A stretch of 64,000 nucleotides of DNA, taken from assembly GCA_964410055.1 (NCBI GenBank), contig CAYPGK010000002.1:1642-65641 (forward strand), in the 5' to 3' direction. Shown here piece after piece: positions 12,996 to 22,609 of the stretch. The stretch's first letter is position 1, and every line of letters begins with the position of its first letter. Under the pieces are notes generated by a model. It saw only the letters and a program-made list of their open reading frames with translations. It made no database searches and was not told the origin of the DNA. The translations under genes and the position numbers were made by a program. This stretch comes from an uncultured Gemmatimonadaceae bacterium. GTDB taxonomy: Bacteria > Gemmatimonadota > Gemmatimonadetes > Longimicrobiales > RSA9.

Positions 12996-14135
12996 TCACC
13001 ACTCCCGGATCTCGTTGTAGAGCGCATCGCGCTCCATTGGCCGCTTCCCCGCATCCTTGATCAGCCGGATGATTTCCGGGAAGGTCATCCCCTGCGGCGT
13101 GCTCGCGCCGGCCTCGTGATAGATCTTCTCCCGCACCACGGTCCCCTCCAGGTCGTCGACGCCGAAGTGCAGTGCGACCTGACTGACCTTCGGCGTGTTC
13201 ATGATCCAGTGGGTCTTGATGTGGTCGAAGTTATCGAGGAAGAGACGGCCGACGGCCAGGTTCTTCAGGTCGTCGTAGCCCGTCGTCGCCGTTCCCTGTC
13301 GCCCGAGCCGGGCGCCGAGCTCGTTGTTGTCCGGATGGTACGCCAGTGGGATGTACGTCAGGAACCCGCCGGTCTCGTCCTGAAGCTCCCGGAGCATGAG
13401 GAGGTGGTCGATCCGGTCCTCGTACGTCTCGACGTGCCCGTACAGCATCGTGCAGTTCGTCGGAATCCCCATGCGGTGCGCCGTACGGTGGACGTCGAGC
13501 CACTCCTCGGCGGCGAGCTTGCGCTCCGCGATCGTCGCACGAACGCCCTTCGAGAACACCTCCGCACCGCCGCCCGGCATGGAGTCCAGGCCGGCCGCGC
13601 GTAGGCGCGCAAGGACCTCCTCGACGCTCGTCTTCTCGATCCGGGCGAGGTGGGCGATCTCGACCGCGGTGAGCGCCTTGATCTCAACGCCCGGATGCCG
13701 CTCCTTGAGACCCCGGATCAGTTCCTCGTAGTATTCGACCTTCAGCTTGGGGTGCAGCCCACCCACGATGTGGAACTCGCGGATCGGCGTGTCACGGATC
13801 TGGTCGGCCTCGGCCCACGCCTCCTCCAGCTCCATGGTGTAGGCGCCCTCCTCCTTGGGCCGCCGCGCATAGGAGCAGAAGACGCAGGTCGCGCGAAGGA
13901 TGCAGATGTTCGTCGGGTTGATGTGCTGGTTCGCGACGAAGAAGACCCGGTCCCCGTTCTTGCGCCGGTTGACCAGATCCGCCATGGCGCCCACGGCGAG
14001 CAGGTCCTTGGTCTCGAAGAGCGCGATCCCGTCCTCTCGCGTGAGCCGCTCGCCTGCCAGCACCTTCTCGGCAATGGGCAGCAGCCGCGGATCACGCGGC
14101 TGAACGGCGAGCCCCTCCGATATTCCAATCGACAT
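12996..14135 (-). CDS. Second radical-SAM enzyme of the MqnC/MqnE family (MqnE-like by my recollection)
   Basis: The inner ATG (14133-14135) gives MSIGISEGLAVQPRDPRLLPIAEKVLAGERLTREDGIALF...; the motif is NQHINPTNICILRATCVFCSYAR, followed by ...HIVGGLHP. Confidence 0.8.
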   Translation of the reverse strand: MSIGISEGLAVQPRDPRLLPIAEKVLAGERLTREDGIALFETKDLLAVGAMADLVNRRKNGDRVFFVANQHINPTNICILRATCVFCSYARRPKEEGAYTMELEEAWAEADQIRDTPIREFHIVGGLHPKLKVEYYEELIRGLKERHPGVEIKALTAVEIAHLARIEKTSVEEVLARLRAAGLDSMPGGGAEVFSKGVRATIAERKLAAEEWLDVHRTAHRMGIPTNCTMLYGHVETYEDRIDHLLMLRELQDETGGFLTYIPLAYHPDNNELGARLGRQGTATTGYDDLKNLAVGRLFLDNFDHIKTHWIMNTPKVSQVALHFGVDDLEGTVVREKIYHEAGASTPQGMTFPEIIRLIKDAGKRPMERDALYNEIREW

Positions 14136-14183
14136 CGAATCGCCTCGATCCGAGGGTAAGATTTCAGTTCGTTTCAGCGCGGT

Positions 14184-14212
14184 AGAATAAGTGTGGGGAG
14201 GGGTCGGTGCAA
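14184..14212 (-). promoter_or_regulatory. Candidate sigma70-type promoter for the mqn-ispF-dedA-xer operon
   Basis: The minus strand reads TTGCAC-N17-TATTCT, about 50 nt upstream of the ATG at 14135. Confidence 0.35.
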
Positions 14213-14287
14213 GCGAAGGAGCGAGCCCGCCCGGCCCCACGCATCGGACCGGGTCGCGATGCGGCTCCGAACGGGCCACCGACCACG

Positions 14288-14319
14288 AAAACGCGCTCCC
14301 GACGGGGATCGGGAGCGCG
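14288..14319 (-). terminator. Intrinsic terminator after fabF
   Basis: 11-bp perfect stem CGCGCTCCCGA/TCGGGAGCGCG (14292-14302 and 14309-14319) with a 6-nt loop, followed on the minus strand by TTTT. Confidence 0.65.
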
Positions 14320-14357
14320 ATTCGCGCGTGTGTCGCGCGCTCACTCGAGGTGAGGGC

Positions 14358-15635
14358 TCACTCGCCGTCCCACCGCCGGAACGCCAGGCACACGTTGTGG
14401 CCACCAAAGCCGAACGAGTTGCTGATCGCAACCTCGACCGGCCGCTCGACCTTCCCGTTGTGCGCGTAATTCAGGTCGCACTCGGGGTCCGGCTCGGTGA
14501 AGTTGATCGTCGGCGGTATCACGCCGTTTCGCGTCACGAGGACCGAGATCACCGACTCGACCGCGCCGGCCGCACCGAGCAAGTGCCCGGTCATCGACTT
14601 GGTCGAGCCCATCACGAGCTCGTACGCGTGATCGCCGAAGACGGCCTTGACCGCGAGCGTCTCGTTCAGGTCGTTCGCTGGCGTGGACGTGCCGTGGGCG
14701 TTGATGTAATCCACGTCGGTCGGCTCCAGCCCGGCGTCGTGCAGCGCCGCCTTCATCGCGAGCTGCGCACCCGCACCCTCCGGCGCGGGCGCCGTCATGT
14801 GGTACGCGTCCGCCGTCTGGCCGAAGCCGACGATCTCGCCCAGGATCGTCGCACCGCGCCGCTTTGCGTGCTCGAGCTCCTCGAGGATCAGGCACCCCGA
14901 GCCCTCGCCCAGAACGAAGCCGTCCCGGGTCGCGTCGAACGGCCGGCTCGCCGTTTCCGGAGAGTCGTTTCGCGTCGAGAGCGCCTTCATCGCGGCGAAG
15001 CCCGCCATGGTCAGCGGCGTGACCGTGGCCTCCGTGCCGCCCGCAATCATCACATCCGCCTCGCCCCGCTGCACGATGCGGAACGCAGTGCCTACGGCGT
15101 GCGCGCTCGACGCGCAGGCGGAGACGGTGCAGAAGTTGGGGCCGCGGGCGCCGTAGCGCATCGAGACGAGGCCGGCGGCGATGTCCGAGATGAACATCGG
15201 CACGAAGAACGGGCTGATCCGCTGCGGTCCGCGCTCGAGCAGGACGCGCGTCTGTTCCTCGAACGTCGCGATCCCGCCGATCCCGCTTCCGATCAGGACA
15301 CCTACTCGGTCCCTGTCGACTCCGTCGAGGCCATCGGCCAGGCCGGCGTGCTCCATTGCCTGCTGCGAAGTCGCGAGCGCGAACTGCGTGAAGCGGTCGG
15401 TCCGCCGCATCTCCTTGCGGTCCATGTACCGCTCCGGCTCGAAGCCCTTGACCTCGCAAGCAAAGCGGACGTCGAAGTCCTCCGTCGCCTCGAAATGCGT
15501 GATCGGGCCGGCCCCGCTCTTTCCTTCGAGCAGGGCACGCCAGGCCGTGTCCACGTCGTTACCGACGGGCGTCAACAGCCCGAGACCCGTGACCACGACC
15601 CGGCGCCGGCCCGCGGTCTTTTCACTCATATCCAA
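14358..15635 (-). CDS. fabF: 3-oxoacyl-ACP synthase II
   Basis: Contains RRVVVTGLGLLTPVGN..., the active-site segment VSACASSAHA, HGTSTP and GHLLGAAG. Confidence 0.93.
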   Translation of the reverse strand: MDMSEKTAGRRRVVVTGLGLLTPVGNDVDTAWRALLEGKSGAGPITHFEATEDFDVRFACEVKGFEPERYMDRKEMRRTDRFTQFALATSQQAMEHAGLADGLDGVDRDRVGVLIGSGIGGIATFEEQTRVLLERGPQRISPFFVPMFISDIAAGLVSMRYGARGPNFCTVSACASSAHAVGTAFRIVQRGEADVMIAGGTEATVTPLTMAGFAAMKALSTRNDSPETASRPFDATRDGFVLGEGSGCLILEELEHAKRRGATILGEIVGFGQTADAYHMTAPAPEGAGAQLAMKAALHDAGLEPTDVDYINAHGTSTPANDLNETLAVKAVFGDHAYELVMGSTKSMTGHLLGAAGAVESVISVLVTRNGVIPPTINFTEPDPECDLNYAHNGKVERPVEVAISNSFGFGGHNVCLAFRRWDGE

Positions 15636-15651
15636 TGCCTCCGGAAGGGCG

Positions 15652-15897
15652 TTACTCGCCCTGGTTCTCCTTCAGGTACCGGATCGCATCGCCGACCGTC
15701 TGGAGCTGCTCCGCGTCCTCATCCGGGATCTCGAGCCCGAACTCCTCTTCGAACGCCATGACCAGCTCGACCGTGTCCAGCGAATCGGCGCCCAGATCCT
15801 CGACGAACGACGCGTCCTCCGTCACCTTCTCGGGCTCGACGCCCAGTTCGTTGACGATGATCTCCTTGACGCGATCCTCGATGTTCTCCGCCATCAT
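15652..15897 (-). CDS. acpP: Acyl carrier protein
   Basis: [54 protein letters not shown] (DSLD phosphopantetheine site). It is the last 81 codons of a longer track ORF. Confidence 0.93.
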   Translation of the reverse strand: MMAENIEDRVKEIIVNELGVEPEKVTEDASFVEDLGADSLDTVELVMAFEEEFGLEIPDEDAEQLQTVGDAIRYLKENQGE

Positions 15898-15914
15898 ACC
15901 CCTCCGGTTTGGTG

Positions 15915-16676
15915 TCACATGACCATGCCGCCGTCCACCACGATCACCTGGCCGGTGATGTACGCGGCGCCCGGACCGGCCAGGAAGCGGACCGCCGCCG
16001 CGATGTCGTCCGGCGTGCCCAGGCGCCCGAGCGGGATCGAACCCGCCAGCTCCGCCCGGGCCGCTTCCGTCATCGCGGCCGTCATGTCCGTCTCGATGAA
16101 ACCCGGCGCCACCGCGTTGCACAGGATGCCGCGCGACGCCAGTTCCTTCGCAACCGCCTTCGTCAGGCCGATGAGGCCCGCCTTCGATGCGGCGTAGTTC
16201 GTCTGTCCCTTGTTGCCCGTAATTCCGACGACGCTCGTGATGTTGATGATGCGCCCCTCGCGGCGTCGCATCATCCCACGGGCCGCTGCGCGGATCGTGT
16301 GGAACGCGCCTTTCAGGTTGGTGTCGAGGACGCGGTCCCAATCCTCGTCGCTCAGGCGGACGAGCAGGTTGTCTTCGGTCACCCCGGCGTTGTTGACCAG
16401 GATGTCGAGCGACCCGAACTCCTCCTCGACGCCCTTGACCAGCGCATCCACGGACGCGGCGTCGGCGACGTCGCAAGCGTAGCCCCGATGCCCGGTCCCG
16501 TCCAGCCCGGAGGCCGCCTCTTCGGCTCGCTCCGCACTGCGCGCGACCACGGCGACACGCGCGCCGCCCCGGGCCAGATGCTCGGCGATCGCACGCCCGA
16601 TCCCCCGGCTGCCGCCCGTTACGACGGCGACCTTTCCAGCCAATTCACGACTGTTTTCCGCCACTTCCCCACTCAC
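15915..16676 (-). CDS. fabG: 3-oxoacyl-ACP reductase
   Basis: Contains [17 protein letters not shown] and YAASKAG. The GTG start at 16674-16676 forms a GTGA overlap with the fabD stop. Confidence 0.9.
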   Translation of the reverse strand: MSGEVAENSRELAGKVAVVTGGSRGIGRAIAEHLARGGARVAVVARSAERAEEAASGLDGTGHRGYACDVADAASVDALVKGVEEEFGSLDILVNNAGVTEDNLLVRLSDEDWDRVLDTNLKGAFHTIRAAARGMMRRREGRIINITSVVGITGNKGQTNYAASKAGLIGLTKAVAKELASRGILCNAVAPGFIETDMTAAMTEAARAELAGSIPLGRLGTPDDIAAAVRFLAGPGAAYITGQVIVVDGGMVM

Positions 16677-17596
16677 GATTGCAGGAACGCCTCGATCTCT
16701 TCTGCGGTCCCGAGCGTCACCGCCTGGGCGCCGCGTTCGATTCGCTTGAGGAGGCCGCTGAGCACCGATCCGGGCCCGAGCTCCAGGAACCTGCCGACGC
16801 CGGCGTCGAGCATCGTCCTCATGCACGAGGTCCACCGGACGGGCGAGGTGAGCTGCCGGACCAGGAGCCGGCGCGCCGTCGCGATGTCGTCGACCGGCTC
16901 GGCGGTCACGTTCGAGACCACCGGGAACGCGGGCCGTTCCAGGGCGACCGACTCGAGCTGCTCCGCGAGCCCCGCTTCAGCCACCGCCATGAGAGGCGAG
17001 TGGAAAGCGCCCGACACGTTGAGCGGAAGCGCCCGGCGTGCACCCGCGGCCTTCGCGAGCTCGATCGCACGCTCCACCGCAGCGACGTCACCGCTGATCA
17101 CGATCTGCCCGGGCGAGTTGTAGTTCGCCGGGACGCACGTCTCCGTCTCGCTCGACGCGTCGCGGCAGACCGCTTCCACCGCCGCATCGTCCAGCCCGAG
17201 TACCGCCGCCATCGTCCCGGGCCGCTCCTCGCCGCTGCGGAACATGAGCTCGCCGCGCCGCCGAACGGTGCGCACGGCGTCGTCAAAACGCAAGGCCCCC
17301 GCCGCCACGTACGCACTGAACTCACCCAGCGAGTGCCCCGCAGCGAACGAGACATCGCCGAGACGCGACGCGACGACGCGATGGACCGCGACCGAGTGCG
17401 TAAGGATCGCCGGCTGCGCGTTGAGCGTGGCCGTCAGCTCCTCGTCCGGCCCCTCCCACATGAGGCGGGAGAGCGCAAATCCGAGGGCTTCGTCGGCCTC
17501 CTCGAACACCGCACGGGCCTCGGGGAACCGCTCGGCGAGGTCCCTGCCCATACCGACGAACTGTGATCCCTGTCCGGGAAAGAGAAGCGCTACCAT
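16673..17596 (-). CDS. fabD: Malonyl-CoA:ACP transacylase
   Basis: MVALLFPGQGSQFVGMG...AGHSLGEFSA. Confidence 0.93.
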   Translation of the reverse strand: MVALLFPGQGSQFVGMGRDLAERFPEARAVFEEADEALGFALSRLMWEGPDEELTATLNAQPAILTHSVAVHRVVASRLGDVSFAAGHSLGEFSAYVAAGALRFDDAVRTVRRRGELMFRSGEERPGTMAAVLGLDDAAVEAVCRDASSETETCVPANYNSPGQIVISGDVAAVERAIELAKAAGARRALPLNVSGAFHSPLMAVAEAGLAEQLESVALERPAFPVVSNVTAEPVDDIATARRLLVRQLTSPVRWTSCMRTMLDAGVGRFLELGPGSVLSGLLKRIERGAQAVTLGTAEEIEAFLQS

Positions 17597-18582
17597 CGCA
17601 TTACGGACGAGGCCCAGGTGAACCCGGCGCCGAACGCGACCATGAGGACGTTGTCGCCCGGCTGGAGACGCCCCTGCTCGACCACCTCATCGAGCGCAAT
17701 GGGGAGCGTCGCCGAGCTCATGTTCCCGTACCGGTCCACGTTCACGTAGACCTTTTCCATCGGGATGTTCGCGTACTTCGCCGTCGCCTCGATGATACGG
17801 ATGTTGGCCTGGTGAGGGATGAGGAGGTCGATGTCCTCGCCGGTCATACCGGCACGCTGGAGCGCCTGGTCGGCCGCCTCCGCCATCGACCGGACCGCCG
17901 CCTTGAAGACCTCGCGCCCGGCCATCTTGACGAGGTGCGAGCGTTCTTCGAGGACCGCCTCGTTGAAGGGGACCTTGGCGCCGCCACCCGGCCGCCACAG
18001 GAGCTCGGCGAGCGTGCCGTCCGAACGCATGAAGCTCGAGAGCACGCCACGCCCGTTCTCGCTCCGCTTGACGACCGCCGCGCCCGCCCCGTCACCGAAG
18101 AGCACACACGTCGACCGGTCGGTCCAGTCCGTGATCGCGCTCATCTTCTCGGCCGAGATCACCAGCGCGATCTCGCCGCGGCCGGCCGCGAGATGGCCCT
18201 CCGCCACGTTGAGCGCGTAAAGGAAGCCCGAGCACGCCGCGGAGACGTCGAACGCCGCAGCGTTCGACGTGCCGATCAGCGCCTGGATGTCGCACGCCGT
18301 CGACGGGAGCAGCCGGTCCGGCGTCGCCGTCGAGACCACGATCAGGTCCACCTCGCCCGGCTGAACATCGGCGCGCTCCATCGCGATCCGAGCCGCTTCC
18401 GCGCCCATCTCGGCCGCGCCCATCTCCGCGCACGCGATGCGACGCTCACGGATCCCGGTCCGTTCCCGAATCCACTCGTCGGAAGTATCGACGAGCCGCT
18501 CGAGCTCCGTGTTCGTCACCACCCGCTCCGGGAGGTAGCGCCCGGTGCTCACGATTTCTACTAGCGGCTGCGGCTTCCTCAT
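17590..18582 (-). CDS. fabH: 3-oxoacyl-ACP synthase III
   Basis: The inner ATG (18580-18582, ATGA overlap with the plsX stop) gives MRKPQPLVEIVSTGRYLPERVVTN... The Cys-His-Asn motifs are SAACSGF, PHQAN and GNMSSAT. Confidence 0.9.
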   Translation of the reverse strand: MRKPQPLVEIVSTGRYLPERVVTNTELERLVDTSDEWIRERTGIRERRIACAEMGAAEMGAEAARIAMERADVQPGEVDLIVVSTATPDRLLPSTACDIQALIGTSNAAAFDVSAACSGFLYALNVAEGHLAAGRGEIALVISAEKMSAITDWTDRSTCVLFGDGAGAAVVKRSENGRGVLSSFMRSDGTLAELLWRPGGGAKVPFNEAVLEERSHLVKMAGREVFKAAVRSMAEAADQALQRAGMTGEDIDLLIPHQANIRIIEATAKYANIPMEKVYVNVDRYGNMSSATLPIALDEVVEQGRLQPGDNVLMVAFGAGFTWASSVMRW

Positions 18583-19613
18583 GCACCCTCCGCCAATCGG
18601 CCCATCGCGGGCTCGACGGAACCCCCGCCATTCACCGGCGGGATCGTCAACTCCCTGCTCATATGTCCGACCATGTCGGTCGAGACCGCCCGAATCGCGA
18701 CGCGGATCGCGTTCTTGATCGCCCGCGGCGGCGAACCGCCATGGCAGATGATAGAGATCCCATTCACACCGAGCAGCGGCGCACCGCCGTACTCCGTGTA
18801 GTCGAGCGCAGCGAAGATCTCGCTCAGGTCCATGCGCGCACCCGACTTCTCCTGCTCGCGCTTCAGGATCCCCATGAAGAACGCGGCGATCGATTCGTAG
18901 AACTTGAGAAGCACGTTCCCGACGAAACCGTCGGCCACGAGCACGTCGCACGTGCCCGTGATGATGTCGCGTCCCTCGACGTTCCCGATGAAATTCAGCC
19001 CCGGCTGCTTCGCCAGCAGACCGTGCGCTTCGACGGCCAGCTCGTCACCCTTCTCGGGCTCCTCCCCGATGTTCAGGAGCCCGACCCGGGGATTCGGCCG
19101 CCTCAGCACATCATGAGCGTAGATTGCGCCCAGCCGCGCGAATTGCACCAGATGGTGCGGCTTGCTGTCGACGTTCGCGCCCGCATCCACCAGCACGATC
19201 GGCTCGCCCGCCGTGGGAAGCATCGTCGCGACCGGAGGACGATCCACACCGGGCAACGGCCGCAGGATCAGCAGCGAGGCCGCCATCACGGCGCCGGTCG
19301 AACCGGCGCTCACGAATGCATCCACCTCGCCCTTCTTCTGCAGCTCGAGCCCGACGACGATCGACGAATCCGGCTTGCGACGCACCGCCGTCGCAGGCGA
19401 TTCCCCTTGCTCGATCCGCTGGGGGGCGTGCACGACCTCCAACCGATCGCGGGGCAGGTCGGGGTACCGCTCGAACTCCGCCTCGATGCGGTCCCGGTTG
19501 CCGATCAGGATCAGCGTGAAGTCGTCAGGCAGCTCGCGCAGCGCCTGGACGGCACCTTCCACCTCGATCGCCGGGTGCCGGTCGGTCCCCATGGCGTCCA
19601 GAGCGATGCGCAC
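18579..19613 (-). CDS. plsX: Phosphate acyltransferase PlsX
   Basis: MRIALDAMGTDRHP...AFVSAGSTGAVMA... Confidence 0.92.
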   Translation of the reverse strand: MRIALDAMGTDRHPAIEVEGAVQALRELPDDFTLILIGNRDRIEAEFERYPDLPRDRLEVVHAPQRIEQGESPATAVRRKPDSSIVVGLELQKKGEVDAFVSAGSTGAVMAASLLILRPLPGVDRPPVATMLPTAGEPIVLVDAGANVDSKPHHLVQFARLGAIYAHDVLRRPNPRVGLLNIGEEPEKGDELAVEAHGLLAKQPGLNFIGNVEGRDIITGTCDVLVADGFVGNVLLKFYESIAAFFMGILKREQEKSGARMDLSEIFAALDYTEYGGAPLLGVNGISIICHGGSPPRAIKNAIRVAIRAVSTDMVGHMSRELTIPPVNGGGSVEPAMGRLAEGA

Positions 19614-19626
19614 GCTCGTTCCCCCT

Positions 19627-19809
19627 TTAGATCTGCTCGACCTCTACGACCTGCACGTCCTTGTACGTACCGCAGCTCGGGCACACCCGGTGGGGCAGCT
19701 TCGGATCACCGCAACGGGGACACGGCGTAAGACCCGGCACCTCCGCCTTGTGGTGCGTGCGCCGCTTCCGCTTGCGCTGCTTCGATACCTTCTTCTTAGG
19801 AACAGCCAT
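19627..19809 (-). CDS. rpmF: 50S ribosomal protein L32
   Basis: [21 protein letters not shown]...[18 protein letters not shown]. Confidence 0.93.
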   Translation of the reverse strand: MAVPKKKVSKQRKRKRRTHHKAEVPGLTPCPRCGDPKLPHRVCPSCGTYKDVQVVEVEQI

Positions 19810-19824
19810 TTCGCCTCCCTAGAC

Positions 19825-20334
19825 TCAGTCGAACTTCAACTTTCGCAGCGCCGCCCAACGTTCGTCCGTCTCGTCCACCGTGCAGCGGCACTCCTCTTCA
19901 TTCAGATTCACGCCGCAACGAGGACAGAGCCCCCGACACGCATCCCGGCAGACCGCGTATTTCGGCACGGCCAGCATTGCCTGCTCCCGCACCGCCGGCG
20001 CCAGGTCCAGCTCCCGGTCCTGGGAGGCGAAGGTGTAAACCTCCGCCTCCTCGGCCTCTGCCGGATCCAGGTCCGGGCGAAACACGGCGGACACCGCCTC
20101 ATCGATCTCGACCGTCACCGGGATCAGACAACGTCGGCACTCCAACCCCACGGCGCCGATCATCCGGCCGCGCATGAGGACGTCGTCACCGACCTGCTGG
20201 ACCTCCAGACGGACCGCTAGCGGCCTTGCGAGCGCCAGGCCGGTCCCTTCCCACAACGGGTCGTCCGGCGGCAGATCCTCGGCGATCTCGACCCGCCTCA
20301 TCCGCTGCAGGTGGCCCAGATCGACTTTCAGCAT
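19825..20334 (-). CDS. yceD: YceD/DUF177 family protein (23S rRNA accumulation protein)
   Basis: Lies immediately upstream of rpmF-plsX, as is typical. The C-terminal Cys cluster is CRDACRGLCPRCGVNLNEEECRC. Confidence 0.85.
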   Translation of the reverse strand: MLKVDLGHLQRMRRVEIAEDLPPDDPLWEGTGLALARPLAVRLEVQQVGDDVLMRGRMIGAVGLECRRCLIPVTVEIDEAVSAVFRPDLDPAEAEEAEVYTFASQDRELDLAPAVREQAMLAVPKYAVCRDACRGLCPRCGVNLNEEECRCTVDETDERWAALRKLKFD

Positions 20335-20367
20335 AATCGTTAAAGATCGCCAAGCGCCCAGGCGATG

Positions 20368-20805
20368 TCAACCGAGTGGCGTCTCCCCGGTGCCCAGCAC
20401 ATCGCTCGCGGCGAAGAAGAAGGCGGCCTCGCGACGCGCAGTCTCGGGCGCATCGGAGGCGTGGATCGCGTTGCGCTCCTTCGACTCGGCGTAGAGGGCA
20501 CGCACGGTGCCGGGCGCAGCCTCGGCCGGGTCGGTCGCACCGATCACCTCACGCAGACCGGCGATGGCGTTCTCCCGCTCGAGGAGCACGGGTACGACGG
20601 GTCCCGAAGTCATGAAGCGCACGAGGCTCTCATAGAAAGGCCGCTCGCGGTGCACCGCGTAGAACTCGCGGGCCTGTTCCTCGGTGAGACGAAGCATGCG
20701 GAGGCCGCGGATGCGAAAGCCCTGCTCCTCCAGGTGCGCCAGGATCTTGCCGGTCAGGCCGCGAGAGACGGCGTCCGGCTTCACGATGGCCAGTGTGAAT
20801 TCCAT
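20368..20805 (-). CDS. ndk: Nucleoside diphosphate kinase
   Basis: MEFTLAIVKPDAV...GTVRALY...NAIHASD. Confidence 0.93.
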   Translation of the reverse strand: MEFTLAIVKPDAVSRGLTGKILAHLEEQGFRIRGLRMLRLTEEQAREFYAVHRERPFYESLVRFMTSGPVVPVLLERENAIAGLREVIGATDPAEAAPGTVRALYAESKERNAIHASDAPETARREAAFFFAASDVLGTGETPLG

Positions 20806-20809
20806 GGTA

Positions 20810-21694
20810 TCAGCGTCCGAAGAGTTTACGAATGATGTCTCCGCGGGTCAGGAACCCGGTGAGCTTTCCTTCGCTGACCACCGGGAACTGCTCCACGTCT
20901 TTGTTGATCATGGTGTTTGCGACCTCATCGACGCCCATGTCCTCGGAGATGCAGAGGACGGAGCGGCTCATGATGTCGCGGATGCTGAGTTGCTGGAGCC
21001 CCTCATCGGCGGAGGCGACCGCCTCGCCGCCGGCCCTGGGGATCTGCGGCAGGAGTGCACGCATGATGTCCCACTCGGAAACTATGCCGAGGACCTCGCG
21101 CTTCTCGCCGACGACGGGGATCGCCCGCAGCCGGTGGCGGACCATGAGGTCGACGGCGTCGCGCACCGAGGTGTCCGGTGAGACGCTGTCGACCCTGTGG
21201 CTCATGATGTCGCGCACGGTGAGCCGTGGCTGGACGCGGATCGCGCGCAGCTCGGGAACGGCAAGGACGTCGTCGGGCGAGCGGGCCTGAGCAATGCGCT
21301 CCACGACGCCCGGCTCCCGGAAGAGCCGCGCCAGTGCGGACACGGTCTGGAGGTAGAGCGTCGCGGCCTCGGGCGGCGCAAGGATCAGGACCACGATACG
21401 GGGAAGAATGTCGACTCCCGCCTCGTATGCATCGAGCGGCTGCGGCGCCACACCAAGCATGACGATGAGGCGGTCGACCCCGTCGATCCGGAAGTGCGGC
21501 AACACGACGTGCTCGCCGACGGCGACGACGTCGCGCAGCCGGGGATCCGACAGGCGTTTTTCGAGGGCGGCGGGGTCCCGGACCTCGCCGCCCTCGACGA
21601 GCGCGTCGACGAGAGTGGTCAGCGCCTGGCGGAGCGTCGTCGCCTCGAGCGGCACGAGAACGTGCTCGCGCGGAAGCAGCTCGTGGAGTTCCAT
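20810..21694 (-). CDS. Fusion protein: PTS EIIA type-2 (PtsN-like) domain + tandem CBS domains
   Basis: The N-terminal part (LVPLEATTLRQAL...VGEHVVLPHFRIDG...LILAPP) resembles EIIA-2 with the conserved His. The C-terminal half has two CBS repeats (TVRDIMSHRVDSV...IPVV; SIRDIMSRSVLCI...FPVV). Confidence 0.7.
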   Translation of the reverse strand: MELHELLPREHVLVPLEATTLRQALTTLVDALVEGGEVRDPAALEKRLSDPRLRDVVAVGEHVVLPHFRIDGVDRLIVMLGVAPQPLDAYEAGVDILPRIVVLILAPPEAATLYLQTVSALARLFREPGVVERIAQARSPDDVLAVPELRAIRVQPRLTVRDIMSHRVDSVSPDTSVRDAVDLMVRHRLRAIPVVGEKREVLGIVSEWDIMRALLPQIPRAGGEAVASADEGLQQLSIRDIMSRSVLCISEDMGVDEVANTMINKDVEQFPVVSEGKLTGFLTRGDIIRKLFGR

Positions 21695-21724
21695 ACGCTC
21701 ACGCTCGACCCGGCGAGGTGCCGG

Positions 21725-22606
21725 TCAGAGCACCTCGCGGATGAGGCCGACGATGTCCGACGGCTTGCGGGCGACGCCGATCCCATTCGCCTTGAAGGTC
21801 TCGATCTTCTCCTCGGCCGTTCCCGCCGACCCGCTGATGATGGCGCCTGCGTGCCCCATACGGCGGCCTGGCGGCGCCGTCTGTCCGGCGATGAAGCCGA
21901 CGACGGGCTTGGAGAGGTTCCGGGCGATGTACTCGGCGGCCTCCTGCTCGGCCGTGCCACCGATCTCGCCGATCATCACGATCGCCTTCGTCTCCGGATC
22001 CGCCTCGAAGGCGGCGAGGCAGTCGATGAAGTTCGTGCCGATGATCGGATCACCGCCGATCCCGACGCACGTGCTCTGGCCGATCCCGGCGTTCGTGAGC
22101 TGGAAGACGACCTCGTAGGTGAGCGTCCCCGAGCGCGAGACGACGCCGATCGGCCCCGGGGTCGCGATGTGGCCGGGCATGATCCCGACCTTCGACTTCC
22201 CCGGCGCGAGCAGCCCCGGGCAGTTGGGGCCGAGCAGGCGCGCGCCCTTCTCCCTGACGAACGGGTAGACCCGCGTCATGTCGAGCACCGGGATCCCCTC
22301 GGTGATCGCGACGATGAACGGGACTCCCGCGTCTGCGGCCTCCATGATCGCGTCGGCAGCGAAGGCCGGCGGGACGTAGATGACGCTCGCGTTCGCGCCC
22401 GTCTCGCGGACGGCCTGCTCCATCGTGTCGAAGATCGGCACCGTGCGGCCGTCCGGACCGTCGAACTTCTGCCCGCCCTTCCCCGGCGTCACGCCGCCGA
22501 CGACCTGCGTGCCGTACTCCATCATCTGCCGAGCGTGGAACGAGCCATCACGCCCGGTGATCCCCTGTACCAGCAGCCTGGTGTTTTCGTCAATGAAGAT
22601 CGACAT
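21725..22606 (-). CDS. sucD: Succinyl-CoA synthetase alpha subunit
   Basis: Contains [12 protein letters not shown] and [10 protein letters not shown]. Confidence 0.95.
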   Translation of the reverse strand: MSIFIDENTRLLVQGITGRDGSFHARQMMEYGTQVVGGVTPGKGGQKFDGPDGRTVPIFDTMEQAVRETGANASVIYVPPAFAADAIMEAADAGVPFIVAITEGIPVLDMTRVYPFVREKGARLLGPNCPGLLAPGKSKVGIMPGHIATPGPIGVVSRSGTLTYEVVFQLTNAGIGQSTCVGIGGDPIIGTNFIDCLAAFEADPETKAIVMIGEIGGTAEQEAAEYIARNLSKPVVGFIAGQTAPPGRRMGHAGAIISGSAGTAEEKIETFKANGIGVARKPSDIVGLIREVL

Positions 22607-22609
22607 GGC

